Below, one piece after another: positions 10,178 through 19,753 of a stretch of 64,000 bases of DNA. The DNA lies in contig OY970061.1 of the NCBI GenBank assembly GCA_963705255.1, forward strand, positions 1,824,001 through 1,888,000, in the 5' to 3' direction. The position numbers and the translations under genes are program-made. The notes under the pieces were generated by a model, which saw nothing but the letters and a program-made list of their open reading frames with translations, ran no database searches and had not been told where the DNA came from. Each line of letters begins with the position of its first letter. The stretch's first letter is position 1. Source of the DNA: an uncultured Methanoregulaceae archaeon. GTDB taxonomy: Archaea > Halobacteriota > Methanomicrobia > Methanomicrobiales > Methanospirillaceae.

Positions 10178-10306
10178 ACGAATGACCGTAATTCAATGGA
10201 TAGTATCCGTGGGGAGAGGTCCCTCCACGTTCTTTTTTGTCACGGGTTTCTCCCGTGACCGGGTGCAGATATCGCCAGTGGACAGCCCGGCATTTCCGGA
10301 GTCCTC

Positions 10307-11641
10307 ATGATCGTTATCCTCGGCGGCGGACCTGCGGGAAGGCTGGCTGCAATGCGGCTCGCGTCGGCAGGCAGGGAGGTGAAGCTCATCGAGAAGGGGG
10401 GCATCGGCGGCCAGTGCCTCCATTTCGGCTGCATGCCGGTCTGTGCCCTGAACGATGTCGCCCGGCTGGTCCACACCGCCGCGACGCTCAACACCCTCGG
10501 CCTTACTGACTCTGTCCCGCAGGTCAATTTCCCGGCCATACTCCGCGAGATGCAGAACGTCCAGTCAACGATAGCCTCGGTGCTCGACGCCGAGACAAAA
10601 GAGGCAGGGGTGGAGATCCTCTACGGTAAAGAAGGGGGGTTTGACGGGAAGCATGTCGTTGTTGGCGATGAAAAGCTGGACGCCGAATCCGTCATCCTTG
10701 CAACCGGGTCCCGCCCCAATATCCCGGAGATCGCGGGGATCACAAGCCCCGGCATCTTCACCCCGCATACGCTCCGGGATATGACATGCCTGCCGGAGAG
10801 ACTCGCCATCATCGGCGGGGGGATCGTGGCAGCAGAGTTTGCCTGGATCTTCTCCCGGTTCGGAAGCAAGGTGACCGTCCTCTCCCGGAGCTCGTTCCTG
10901 AAGACGATCGATGAACATCTGAGAAAGCAGGCAGCCCGGGAACTGTCCGGCGTGCATATACGGGAGCACACGGATGTCCTTGCCGTGGAACGGCAGGGGG
11001 GATGCCTCCATCTCGGCCTGGAGAGTGCCGGCGGTGCTGCTGTACTTGACTGCGACGCGGTCCTGATCGCTGCCAGTCTCGTTCCCCGTTCCGAAACACT
11101 CTGCGGTGTCAGCAAGCGGGCGAACGGCGAGGTGATCGTGAACGAGTACATGCAGACAAACCTCCCCAATGTCTATGCCTGCGGGGACGTTACCGGTCCC
11201 CCGTACCTGGCCCCGGTCGCACGGCTCCAGGGGATCGTCGCGGCAGACAATATCCTCGGGAAACAGCGCAAGATGGACTGTTCCGTTCTTCCCCAGTCGA
11301 TCAATCTCGGGTACGAACTCGCGTTCTGCTCAAACGGGAGCACGAGCGCCAGGTCCCTTGTCATACCCGGGCCTGCCGGCCCGGACACCTTCTGGTCGGT
11401 GCCAGCCTCGGATACCGGGCTCGCCAAGATCATGGTCGAAGCGGACGGCACGATCAGCGGCATCTGTTCTGCCTCACCGGGAGGCGGGCTCATCGCCGGC
11501 TATATGGCATTCCTGATGAAGCGCCATTTTTCGGTACACGAGTTCGAGGACTTTGTCGAGGTCCACCCTTCGACTGACGGGGTCTACGGCCTCGCAAAAT
11601 ATGCATCCGAGGTCCTCAGAAAACGCAACCATCCCGGTTAA
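10307..11641 (+). CDS. Dihydrolipoamide dehydrogenase-like pyridine nucleotide-disulfide oxidoreductase
   Basis: GGGPAG FAD motif, GGQCLHFGC redox disulfide, IIGGG NAD motif, YACGDV and C-terminal HPS. Confidence 0.9.
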   Translation: MIVILGGGPAGRLAAMRLASAGREVKLIEKGGIGGQCLHFGCMPVCALNDVARLVHTAATLNTLGLTDSVPQVNFPAILREMQNVQSTIASVLDAETKEAGVEILYGKEGGFDGKHVVVGDEKLDAESVILATGSRPNIPEIAGITSPGIFTPHTLRDMTCLPERLAIIGGGIVAAEFAWIFSRFGSKVTVLSRSSFLKTIDEHLRKQAARELSGVHIREHTDVLAVERQGGCLHLGLESAGGAAVLDCDAVLIAASLVPRSETLCGVSKRANGEVIVNEYMQTNLPNVYACGDVTGPPYLAPVARLQGIVAADNILGKQRKMDCSVLPQSINLGYELAFCSNGSTSARSLVIPGPAGPDTFWSVPASDTGLAKIMVEADGTISGICSASPGGGLIAGYMAFLMKRHFSVHEFEDFVEVHPSTDGVYGLAKYASEVLRKRNHPG

Positions 11642-11742
11642 GCTCCATTTTGCGCGATTTCCGACGCAAATGCTGATGGTATTATTACGGTTTACATCGC
11701 ATAATACGATACACAGCATCCACAGTCACCGGTGTTTTCCCC

Positions 11743-13272
11743 ATGACCAGTCCCCCTGAAAACGTTGCATTCGAGAGTACCAGGCTCGATAAGATCCGGG
11801 CGCTCCAGGACAGAGGCATCACCATCTTCCCGCCCACCTTTGACCGGCAGGATACCGTCCTCGACATCAGGACCCGGTACAAGGATATCACCCACGAGAA
11901 GAGCCCCGAGGAGGTATCCACTGCCGGCAGGGTGTATATCGTGCGGAACCACGGGAAGACCCTCTTTGCGGACCTCGGGGACGAGAGCGGGAAGATCCAG
12001 CTCTACATCCGGAAGAACGATATCGGGGAGGAGCAGTTCGATCTCTTCAACCAGTTCATCGAGCGGGGGGATATCATCGGGGTCACCGGGCACGTGTTCC
12101 GGACCAAACTGGGGGAAATCACCATCTGGGTCGACACTGTCACCCTCCTGTGCAAGGCCGTCTGTTCGCTGCCGGAGAAATTCCACGGCCTGACGGATAT
12201 CGAGAAGCGCTACCGCCAGCGGTATGTCGACCTGATCGTCAACGAGGAGAGCAGGCAGACATTCCGGAACCGGAGCCGGATCGTCTCCCTCATCCGCAGG
12301 TACCTCGATGATCACGGGTTCCTCGAGTTCGAGACCCCGATCCTGCAGCCGGTCTATGGCGGGGCTAATGCCCGGCCGTTCACATCATATCACAACTTCC
12401 TCGACCAGAAGCTCTTCCTGAGGATTGCACCCGAACTCTACCTCAAGCGGCTGGTGGTCGGGGGGTTCGAGAAAGTCTTTGAGATCGCCCGGAACTTCCG
12501 GAACGAAGCCGTGGACACCGATCACAACCCGGAATTTTCCATGGTGGAGATCTACTGGGCATACAAGGACTTCCAGGATATGATGGCACTTACCGAGGAC
12601 CTCATTGCCTCGATCGTTTTTGAAGTCCACGGGAAATTCGAGATCTCATACGGGGAGACCGTACTCAACTTCCAGAAACCGTGGAAAAAACTCTCCATGT
12701 CCGATGCCGTACGGGAGATCGCCGGTATCGACATCTTTGCCCATACCGTAGAACAGCTGCGTACGCTCGCACAGCAGCACAACCTGAACGAGTGGGAAAA
12801 GCCCGCAACCCAGCGGGAGTTCCTCATCCTCTTCTTCGAAGGGCTCGTCGAGGAGAATCTCATCCAGCCGACCTTCATCTACGACTACCCGGTCGAGAAC
12901 TCCCCGCTGGCAAAGCGGCACCGCACCAAGGAGGGGTTCACCGAGCGGTTCGAGCTCTTCATCCACGGGATGGAAGTGGGCAACGGGTTCTCCGAGCTGA
13001 ACGACCCGGTTGACCAGAAGGCCAGGTTCGAGGCGCAGGACGAGAAGCGGAGGCTCGGCGACCTCGAGGCCCAGATGATCGACTACGATTTCATCAATGC
13101 CCTCGGGTACGGGATGCCACCCACGGGCGGCGTGGGTATCGGGATCGACCGGCTCGTGATGCTATTAACGAATAATAATTCTATTAAAGAGGTCATCCTG
13201 TTCCCCTCAATGAAGACGCTGAAGGAGGGGGATGAAGAGGACCAGGGGCAGGCAGAGAATGAGAAGAAGTGA
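11743..13272 (+). CDS. lysS: Lysyl-tRNA synthetase, class II
   Basis: OB-fold anticodon domain, RYRQRYVDL, FETPIL..GGANARPF, LRIAPELYLKRL, FRNE and GMPPTGGVGIGIDRL. Confidence 0.97.
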   Translation: MTSPPENVAFESTRLDKIRALQDRGITIFPPTFDRQDTVLDIRTRYKDITHEKSPEEVSTAGRVYIVRNHGKTLFADLGDESGKIQLYIRKNDIGEEQFDLFNQFIERGDIIGVTGHVFRTKLGEITIWVDTVTLLCKAVCSLPEKFHGLTDIEKRYRQRYVDLIVNEESRQTFRNRSRIVSLIRRYLDDHGFLEFETPILQPVYGGANARPFTSYHNFLDQKLFLRIAPELYLKRLVVGGFEKVFEIARNFRNEAVDTDHNPEFSMVEIYWAYKDFQDMMALTEDLIASIVFEVHGKFEISYGETVLNFQKPWKKLSMSDAVREIAGIDIFAHTVEQLRTLAQQHNLNEWEKPATQREFLILFFEGLVEENLIQPTFIYDYPVENSPLAKRHRTKEGFTERFELFIHGMEVGNGFSELNDPVDQKARFEAQDEKRRLGDLEAQMIDYDFINALGYGMPPTGGVGIGIDRLVMLLTNNNSIKEVILFPSMKTLKEGDEEDQGQAENEKK

Positions 13273-13308
13273 CCTCCCTTCAATAACGAAAATGAGTGAT
13301 CTCAGAGA

Positions 13309-13443
13309 ATGAATTACGGGTCCACGAACGAGACAACCAGGGTCCTTTCCGATAAGGAACTTATGGCTCAGATCAAAAAGGGCAGGCGGAAAGACGTGAA
13401 ATCCCGTGACTTTGAAGAAGTGGCAAAGGAACTGGGAATCTAA
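13309..13443 (+). CDS. 44-aa antitoxin-like small protein or remnant
   Basis: Manual translation MNYGSTNETTRVLSDKELMAQIKKGRRKDVKSRDFEEVAKELGI*. The ET..LSD..LM and EEV.KELGI pattern resembles RelB/YefM-type antitoxin C-termini. Confidence 0.5.
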   Translation: MNYGSTNETTRVLSDKELMAQIKKGRRKDVKSRDFEEVAKELGI

Positions 13444-13632
13444 AAATCATCCGTGTTTTACGCATAGACGACCTTGTAAGGAGTGGCAGGCAGATATGAA
13501 GGGTGCGCAACGGGACGGGTGTGTTGTGACGGGATGATTATGGCGCCGGAAATGATCCTGCCCGTGTCCCGTTCGTCTCTTTCCTTTTTTAACAGCAGAA
13601 TAATTATGCCCATGTTGCACCCACCTTCCTCC

Positions 13633-14223
13633 ATGACTCCCAGCGAAAATCCCAAAAAACACCGGCATCACGAAGTCTTCTCAGCATCCCGTGCCGGCCA
13701 CCTTGATTCCCGCCTGCGCCGGTTCCTCTACCGCCCCGACCGCCTCGCGGAGCGGTACGTGAAGCCCGGCAACCGCGTGCTTGACTTCGGCTGCGGGCCA
13801 GGGTTCTTCACCCGTGAGTTTGCAAAACGGATCGGGGAGAGTGGGCTGGTCTTCTCCGTCGACCTCCAGGAAGAAATGCTCCAGATTCTGCGCAAGAAAC
13901 TTGAACCGGAGGGCCTCCTGCCGCGGATCAGGACGCACCGGTGCGAACCGGACTCAATAAATCTCCCCGGCGACCTGAATGGAACCATCGATGCCGCATT
14001 CACCATCTTTGTTGTCCACGAAGTGCCGGACCCGGGAAGATTGTTCCGGGAGATCGCAGCCCTCCTCAGGCCGGGCGGGACGCTCTACTATACCGAGCCC
14101 CCGTTCATTGTTTCGGGCAGAGAGTTCCGGGATAACCTGGCGCTGGCTGAAGATGCGGGTTTCCGGCTGGTGGAAACGAGGTTCTTTTTTGTGAACCGGG
14201 CGGCATTGCTGAAGAAGGAGTGA
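13633..14223 (+). CDS. Class I SAM-dependent methyltransferase
   Basis: VLDFGCGPGFF motif I, VDLQEEML and VHEVPD..LRPGG. Start placed at ATG 13633. Confidence 0.9.
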   Translation: MTPSENPKKHRHHEVFSASRAGHLDSRLRRFLYRPDRLAERYVKPGNRVLDFGCGPGFFTREFAKRIGESGLVFSVDLQEEMLQILRKKLEPEGLLPRIRTHRCEPDSINLPGDLNGTIDAAFTIFVVHEVPDPGRLFREIAALLRPGGTLYYTEPPFIVSGREFRDNLALAEDAGFRLVETRFFFVNRAALLKKE

Positions 14224-14229
14224 GAGAGC

Positions 14230-14755
14230 TATTCTCCACCCGTGGGGGAGGGAGACCTTAAAGACAGGGCTACCCCCCCTCCCGTACGAAGACAAGTGGG
14301 TAGGGGGTGGTCCCCCTGCCCTGAGGATGGGGTGGGGGAGGGGGTACCCCTCCGGGCACAAGAGAGGTAGCTGACCCCCCCGCCCGGCAATGACCAGAAG
14401 AATGAACTTTCCGACGACGCTCCACGCGAAGCGCTGGACACCCGGCTGCAAAACGAGGGGGGGAGCTACCCCTCCCTTCCTCAGAGAGGTGGGTAGGAGG
14501 GGGGTGCCTCTTTGACATGAGGGGGTGGGGGGTAGGGGTACCTCGGTACCTGAGGCAGGGGTACCCACCCCCCTGTCCGAAAGGGGGGGGCAGAACGGGC
14601 CTCCGACGTGAACTCCACAGGAAAGCATGGCTTGGGCGATGCGGTTGAGGAGGGGTACCCCCACCCGGGTGCTGAGGGGGGAGCTACCCCTCCACTGCTA
14701 AGAGGGGTAGGGGGGGGAGGGGGTACCTGCACCTGAGGGAGGGATGAGGGATTTC
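14230..14755. repeat. G/C-tract-rich non-coding region of degenerate GGGGTACCCC / GGGAGCTACCCC palindromic repeats
   Basis: About ten variants of GGGGTACCC or GAGCTACCCC (e.g. ~14341, 14461, 14535, 14558, 14652, 14678, 14720) between convergent genes. Confidence 0.7.
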
Positions 14756-14775
14756 AGTTGACAAAGAGGATGCCG

Positions 14776-15537
14776 CTACAAGAGATCCCCGGGGTTCAAT
14801 GACCGGTAAAGATCAGAGACGGCAGTCATAGTCCTGTAACCCTTGTCCGTGATGATATAATCCCCCCGCTCGTGGCGCTGGAGGATCATGCCGGAGTCCG
14901 CCAGTTTCCTGATGTGGAAGAGGAGGTTGCCCCCCCGCAGGCCGGTCAGCTGGGAAATGTCCGAGAAGGTCCGGGTCTGGATGGCAAGTGCTTTTAAAAT
15001 CTGGAAGCGCTGGAGGTTTGCCACCGGCTCCAGCAGGTCCTTTACCACGGTTTCCTCAGGGATTTCCGCAGGGGTATCTCCCGTCTCGCGTGCCTTGGCA
15101 TAGATCCCAAGCGACTGCATCAGGTCGACCTGCTTCTCGAACAGCCGGGATACTTCGGTGAAACAGGTATTGCACCGGTCGAAAGGGCCCTTTTTGCGCA
15201 TCGCCTTCATCTGTTCGCGATACGACCGGATGATCTCGTCAGAGACCTCCCCGTCACGGATATGCTGTGCGGTATTCTGCAGGAACTCCATGAACAGGGC
15301 AAAACAGGTATCCCGCATCTTGCAGTCCCCGACCATGTGGGCAGTGAGGTCGACCTTTGCAGAGTCGACCTGGTGGTTGGTAAACATCTCCGCATAATTC
15401 TTTTTAAGGTCGCCAAGGACCGAGTCGACGTGCTGCTGGTTCGCATGCTCGATGAACCGTTTGAGATCGGTCCGGAGCCCGGTGATCTCGGTCTTCAGCT
15501 CGCGGATTTCCGTAAGGGTTCCCAGTGCCGCTCCCAT
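14776..15537 (-). CDS. ArsR-like winged-HTH transcriptional regulator with a Cys-containing N-terminal domain
   Basis: C-terminal RFQILKAL..TFSDISQLTGLRGGNLLFHIRKL..Y.IT.KG; N-terminal CKMRDTC and CNTC. Confidence 0.85.
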   Translation of the reverse strand: MGAALGTLTEIRELKTEITGLRTDLKRFIEHANQQHVDSVLGDLKKNYAEMFTNHQVDSAKVDLTAHMVGDCKMRDTCFALFMEFLQNTAQHIRDGEVSDEIIRSYREQMKAMRKKGPFDRCNTCFTEVSRLFEKQVDLMQSLGIYAKARETGDTPAEIPEETVVKDLLEPVANLQRFQILKALAIQTRTFSDISQLTGLRGGNLLFHIRKLADSGMILQRHERGDYIITDKGYRTMTAVSDLYRSLNPGDLL

Positions 15538-15675
15538 GCTTCATCTCCTCTGTATTGCTGGTAAGAATACCCTCATTACTGTACGGGTCATTTTTCTGTA
15601 CCATCTTTCGCTTGTATAGTTTAATGCCGCTCAAGTATATATTTCTAACATCGCCATTCCTGTACGGTGAAAGGA

Positions 15676-16077
15676 ATGCCGACATGGAAATACACGGACA
15701 CAGATGTGTCGAAAGCAAAGGCAGAAGAATCGTTGAAATCGATCAAGGGTGCGTGTTTCGGATGCGGTACCCATAACGCTGACTGTTCGATCGCAAAAGC
15801 AGCGGGAGAGATCTCTGAAATGCTCTCCTGCGAGTCTCTTTCAGTCAGGGAGCAGATCCATTCACAGATCACCGGAGCACTCAAGGGAGCAAAGTTCCCG
15901 GTCAAGACACCCAAAGACCTGATCGCAGCGTTCCCGAACGGTGCTGATACCACCTGCCAGGTCGGGGACCTGAAGATGACTGCCGGTGAGGCAGGAAAAC
16001 TCCTCAAAGCTTCAGATTTTCCGTTCAGGAGCGCAAAGGCAGTCGCTAACGTCATCGTCGAACGGGCAGGACTCTAA
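15676..16077 (+). CDS. MTH865-family protein with an N-terminal Cys-rich extension
   Basis: ALKGAKFPVKTPKDLIAAFPNGADTTC..DFPF is the MTH865 pattern; N-terminal CFGCGTHNADC. Confidence 0.8.
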   Translation: MPTWKYTDTDVSKAKAEESLKSIKGACFGCGTHNADCSIAKAAGEISEMLSCESLSVREQIHSQITGALKGAKFPVKTPKDLIAAFPNGADTTCQVGDLKMTAGEAGKLLKASDFPFRSAKAVANVIVERAGL

Positions 16078-16272
16078 ACATTCCTTTTTGCACGATTCAC
16101 TTTTCCCTCCAGAAGGGGTACATGGGTTCCCGAAAGTACATGAGATGGTACTGTACATCTGGGGAGGGTAGTACTCCCTACTGAGGAAAGAGTGTCCCTA
16201 TCCGGGATCATTTATTTGTTGTATCCGGCCGGGAAGAGGAAAAGGATTTGAGCCGGCGGGGTCGCCCCCATC

Positions 16273-16719
16273 TCACCAGTTCCCGGACCTGCCCAGCATG
16301 CTGCCGGCATAGGACCGGATCGCCGGGTCCTCATCCTCATCGGCAATAAACTCCTTCAGGCCCTGGACTGCGCCGGTACTCCGGATAGCGGCGAGCGCTG
16401 CCGCTGCCTGTTGCCGGGTGGAGACCCGCTCGTCCCGGTCTCTCAGGCGCCCGATCAGGACTTCAACCGCCCGCCCGCTCTTCAGCGTGCCAAGGGCGCA
16501 TGTCGCATAGACCCGGATCTCCGGATCACGGTCGCTCAGGAGGTCCATTAAGGGACGGACTGCCCGCGGGTCATCACTCTCCCCAAGCGCGATCACTGCC
16601 TTCAGCCGTTCCCCTTTGCCATCCCCGTAGGCTGCCGTATTCGCAAGATCATAGATACCACCTTTCCCGGACGTGGCATTATACCATTCAATATCAGATT
16701 TTTCGATGCTCAAATCCAT
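16273..16719 (-). CDS. HEAT/PBS-lyase repeat protein
   Basis: Repeats ALGESDDPRAVRPLMDLLSDRDPEIR, ALGTLKSGRAVEVLIGRLRD and ALAAIRSTGAVQGL. Confidence 0.85.
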   Translation of the reverse strand: MDLSIEKSDIEWYNATSGKGGIYDLANTAAYGDGKGERLKAVIALGESDDPRAVRPLMDLLSDRDPEIRVYATCALGTLKSGRAVEVLIGRLRDRDERVSTRQQAAAALAAIRSTGAVQGLKEFIADEDEDPAIRSYAGSMLGRSGNW

Positions 16720-16995
16720 ACCAACACCGTACATACTCTTGATTTTTCACATAACGATACCAGTTCCCTGCCGGATTACCGGAGAGGCCTGGTCCTAACA
16801 GATGAAGAAAAGCATCCGCTTACCATGAGCGGATCGTACTGTCCCGGCCATTTTTATTTCCCTAAAGATGCCTCGGTACATTGGACTGATATAATGCACT
16901 GGAGATATAAATAATTAATCCGGCTTATCAGTGCTTATGCACATCCGCAAACGCATATCGATGACAGACCTGTCCGGCAAATCACGCTGGCAGGG

Positions 16996-17475
16996 TTATT
17001 TATGGTACGGTTCGCCGTGATTGATCCGTTCTGCCCGGTAGATCTGCTCGAGCAGGATGAGCCGGGCCATCCTGTGGGTAAACGTCATCCGGGAAAGTGA
17101 GAGCCGCACCTCGCTCCTCTCAATGACCTGGGGGGAAAGCCCGAGGTCCCCGCCGATTATGAACGTGAGCGGACCCTTGCCGGCGATCTCCCAGCGCCAG
17201 AAAGCTTCTGCAAGTTCCTGGCTTGACCAGTCAACTCCCCGGGGATCGAGGGCTATCACCAGGGATCCGGAAGGGATCACCGCCAGGATGCGTTCTCCTT
17301 CCTTCTTCTTTACGATCGTCTCAGCGGAGTCCGGGGAAGGGGTCGGTCGCTTCTCTTCAACCAGTTCAAGGATCTGCAGTTTCACGTACGGCCGCAGGCG
17401 TTTTTCATATTCTGCAACCCCTTCCCTGAGATATTTTTCCTTGATCTTCCCGACTGCGATTATTTTGATCTGCAT
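16996..17475 (-). CDS. rlmH: 23S rRNA (pseudouridine-1915-N3) methyltransferase, SPOUT family
   Basis: IAVGKIKEKY, FIIGGDLGLS and LSLSRMTFTHRMARLILLEQIYRA..GEPYHK. Confidence 0.93.
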   Translation of the reverse strand: MQIKIIAVGKIKEKYLREGVAEYEKRLRPYVKLQILELVEEKRPTPSPDSAETIVKKKEGERILAVIPSGSLVIALDPRGVDWSSQELAEAFWRWEIAGKGPLTFIIGGDLGLSPQVIERSEVRLSLSRMTFTHRMARLILLEQIYRAERINHGEPYHK

Positions 17476-17552
17476 TGACCCGATCCAACTCTCAAACCGA
17501 TTTGCATACCTGATGCTATATATTTAAAAAGAGACGGGTGGAACTATGTTAC

Positions 17553-17867
17553 CTATGGATTACTTTTGCGTTCTTTTGCATCGATTTTCTGGTGGGATAA
17601 CACATCCAGAAGCACTTCTTTCATCATGTTTTTCATGAGCTCCCGGCCCTCATCTGATGACATGTAGTCCTTGAACAGCTCTTTGAACTGTCCCATATCG
17701 TGGTGATTATCGACGAAGGATAATAAAGCTTGCGTGATGCAGTCGGAGACCGTGGAGAACTTCTTTTCATCATAAACAAGTTTATTGACCTTCTCGTAGA
17801 TATTGGGCGGCATTTTGTAGGAGATCGCTACACGTTCGCCGCGGACGGCCGGTCCTTTTTCTGCCAT
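17553..17867 (-). CDS. Ribbon-helix-helix (CopG-like) DNA-binding protein
   Basis: RVAISYKMPPNIYEKVNKLV...FSTVSDCITQAL fits the RHH pattern. Confidence 0.75.
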   Translation of the reverse strand: MAEKGPAVRGERVAISYKMPPNIYEKVNKLVYDEKKFSTVSDCITQALLSFVDNHHDMGQFKELFKDYMSSDEGRELMKNMMKEVLLDVLSHQKIDAKERKSNP

Positions 17868-18016
17868 TCCTTATAAACTTGGGTAAATTACTATAAATAG
17901 CCTGTTAATCGCCCTGAATATTCCATAAGTAATTCAAATTTTCTCATCGTAATTCTTACGTCATACATAAGGAGTAACTTTTTATAGCGCGGGAGGCAAT
18001 AGAAAATTGTCGTAAG

Positions 18017-18511
18017 GTGGTTTTGTTGAACGAGATACTCCTGTTACTCCTGCCAATTGTTGGTGTTTTTGCAATCGGCTGCAGTATTGCACTCCTCGCA
18101 CTGGGAAAAATGATCGACAGGTTCCCGGTTGGCGATGAATCCCGGCGGGAACGGGGCCTCGCAAGTCCCGTCGAGTCAACAAAGATCGCAGTCGTCATCT
18201 TCTGGGTATTATTTATTATCGGGTGCTGGAGCGTCCTGCAGGAGACCACGTTCGGCCTCATCCTTGGTATCACCACCTTCTTTGCTGCCTGTCTCTTCAT
18301 GTTCACCGCGCTGGTATTTTCCTTTGCGGTCCTCAGCACCATGAGGAGACGCAGGGACCGGGTGCAGACTCCGGTAATCCATGTCGGCACACTTGATACG
18401 ATCGTAACTATCTCTCAGCAGGGACAGGGACAACCGGCCGTTGTGTCCCGGAAACGGTACAATCACCCCGTATCCAGCTTTATGATTGACGCGTTGCTGA
18501 AAAAAGACTAA
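18017..18511 (+). CDS. Hypothetical membrane protein (about 3 TM)
   Basis: Three hydrophobic segments; fills the gap between the RHH gene and pgk. Confidence 0.7.
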   Translation: MVLLNEILLLLLPIVGVFAIGCSIALLALGKMIDRFPVGDESRRERGLASPVESTKIAVVIFWVLFIIGCWSVLQETTFGLILGITTFFAACLFMFTALVFSFAVLSTMRRRRDRVQTPVIHVGTLDTIVTISQQGQGQPAVVSRKRYNHPVSSFMIDALLKKD

Positions 18512-18517
18512 AAAATA

Positions 18518-19733
18518 TTATCCGAAAATCTTTTTTGACTGTTCGAGAGCATCCACGGCAGGAAGTTTCTTGCCGGTGAGGAATTCGATACAGGCTCCGC
18601 CGCCCGTCGAGATGTGGGTGAAGTCCTTCCCGATACCCAGTTTTTCTATCACGGCTGCCGTATGCCCACCACCGACAACCGAGAATTCCACATGGGACGC
18701 TGCCCTGAGGAGTTCGTACGTACCGGTCGCAAAGTCCTTATCTTCAAAAACACCAGCCGGCCCGTTGAAGACAACGGTCCCGGCTTTTTTCAGGGTCTGG
18801 ACAAGGTGTGCAAGAGCATCCATGCCGAGGTCGAGCACCGGCGCATCCTCGGGAATCTTCGCGACCGGGTATTCGACACGGCGGTTGTTCTCCCGGACAG
18901 CCACCGATTCCGGCAGAACAAGACGATCGCGGTAGCGGGTGAGGATCTCCTTTGCTTTCCCGATCTCTTCCTGATATTTGAGCTGGGCAATCAGACTGGG
19001 TGGAGGGTTTTCCGATGTTATATCCTGCGGCTATCAGAAACACATTGGCAACAACGCCGATGACGATGACCTGGTCTGCGATACCGTTTTCCAGCACGTG
19101 CCGTGCAACATCGATGGAATCATCGACCTTCGTACCACCAAGGACCATGCAGACCGGGCGGGGTGCTCCGGAAAATACTTTCGAGAGGGTGAAAACCTCC
19201 TTTTCCATGAGGAGTCCCCCGGCAGAACGCATGGCGAGCGGGAGCCCGACAACGGTCGGCTGAGAGCGGTGGGCTGTCCCGAACGCATCGTTCACGAAAA
19301 GATCGGCCATCGAGGAGAGTTTTTTTACCAGATGCGTCTTTTTGGCTTCCTCGGGTTTCAGGGTCAGGTTCTCTTCTGCATTGAACCTGACATTTTCCAG
19401 CATCAGGACATCCCCGGTCTTCATGGCCCGGACAGAATCACGGGCATGGCTCCCGAAAATACTGTCCACGTAGGTAACAGGCTTTCCGAGAAGGTGTTCA
19501 AGTTTCTCCGCATGGGCTTCAAGCGTTGTGAAATCCTTTTTCCCGGGCCGGCTCTGGTGGGTAACGATCACGACGCGGCTGCCAGACAGCGCCCTGATGG
19601 TCGGGAGGTGCTCCCTGAAACGCTTGTCATCAAGAATAAGGTTGGTGGCAGGGTCAATGGGGGAGTTGAGATCCAGTCGCAACAGGACGGTTTTTCCTTC
19701 AGCTCCCAGTTCCTTTATGGTTCCCATGGGCAT
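18518..19733 (-). CDS. pgk: Phosphoglycerate kinase; one frameshift near 18995
   Basis: RLDLNSP, HQSRPG, LENVRF, FVNDAFGTAHRS and LGGTKV lie in one frame; NGPAGVFE and HISTGGGA lie in the next. Removing one base in CAGTCTGATT joins them. Confidence 0.92.
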
Positions 19734-19753
19734 CCATACCACACTCTGTGTTA

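Noticed and set aside
13954-14732. Pro/Gly-rich minus-strand ORFs (236, 82, 83 aa)
   Set aside because: They result from the G/C-tract repeat region and overlap the methyltransferase antisense; low complexity.
14230-14755. Possible CRISPR array or Orc1/Cdc6 origin (ORB G-strings)
   Set aside because: There is no constant repeat with unique, equal-length spacers, no cas or cdc6 gene nearby, and no TCCA..GAAAC ORB core or AT-rich unwinding element.
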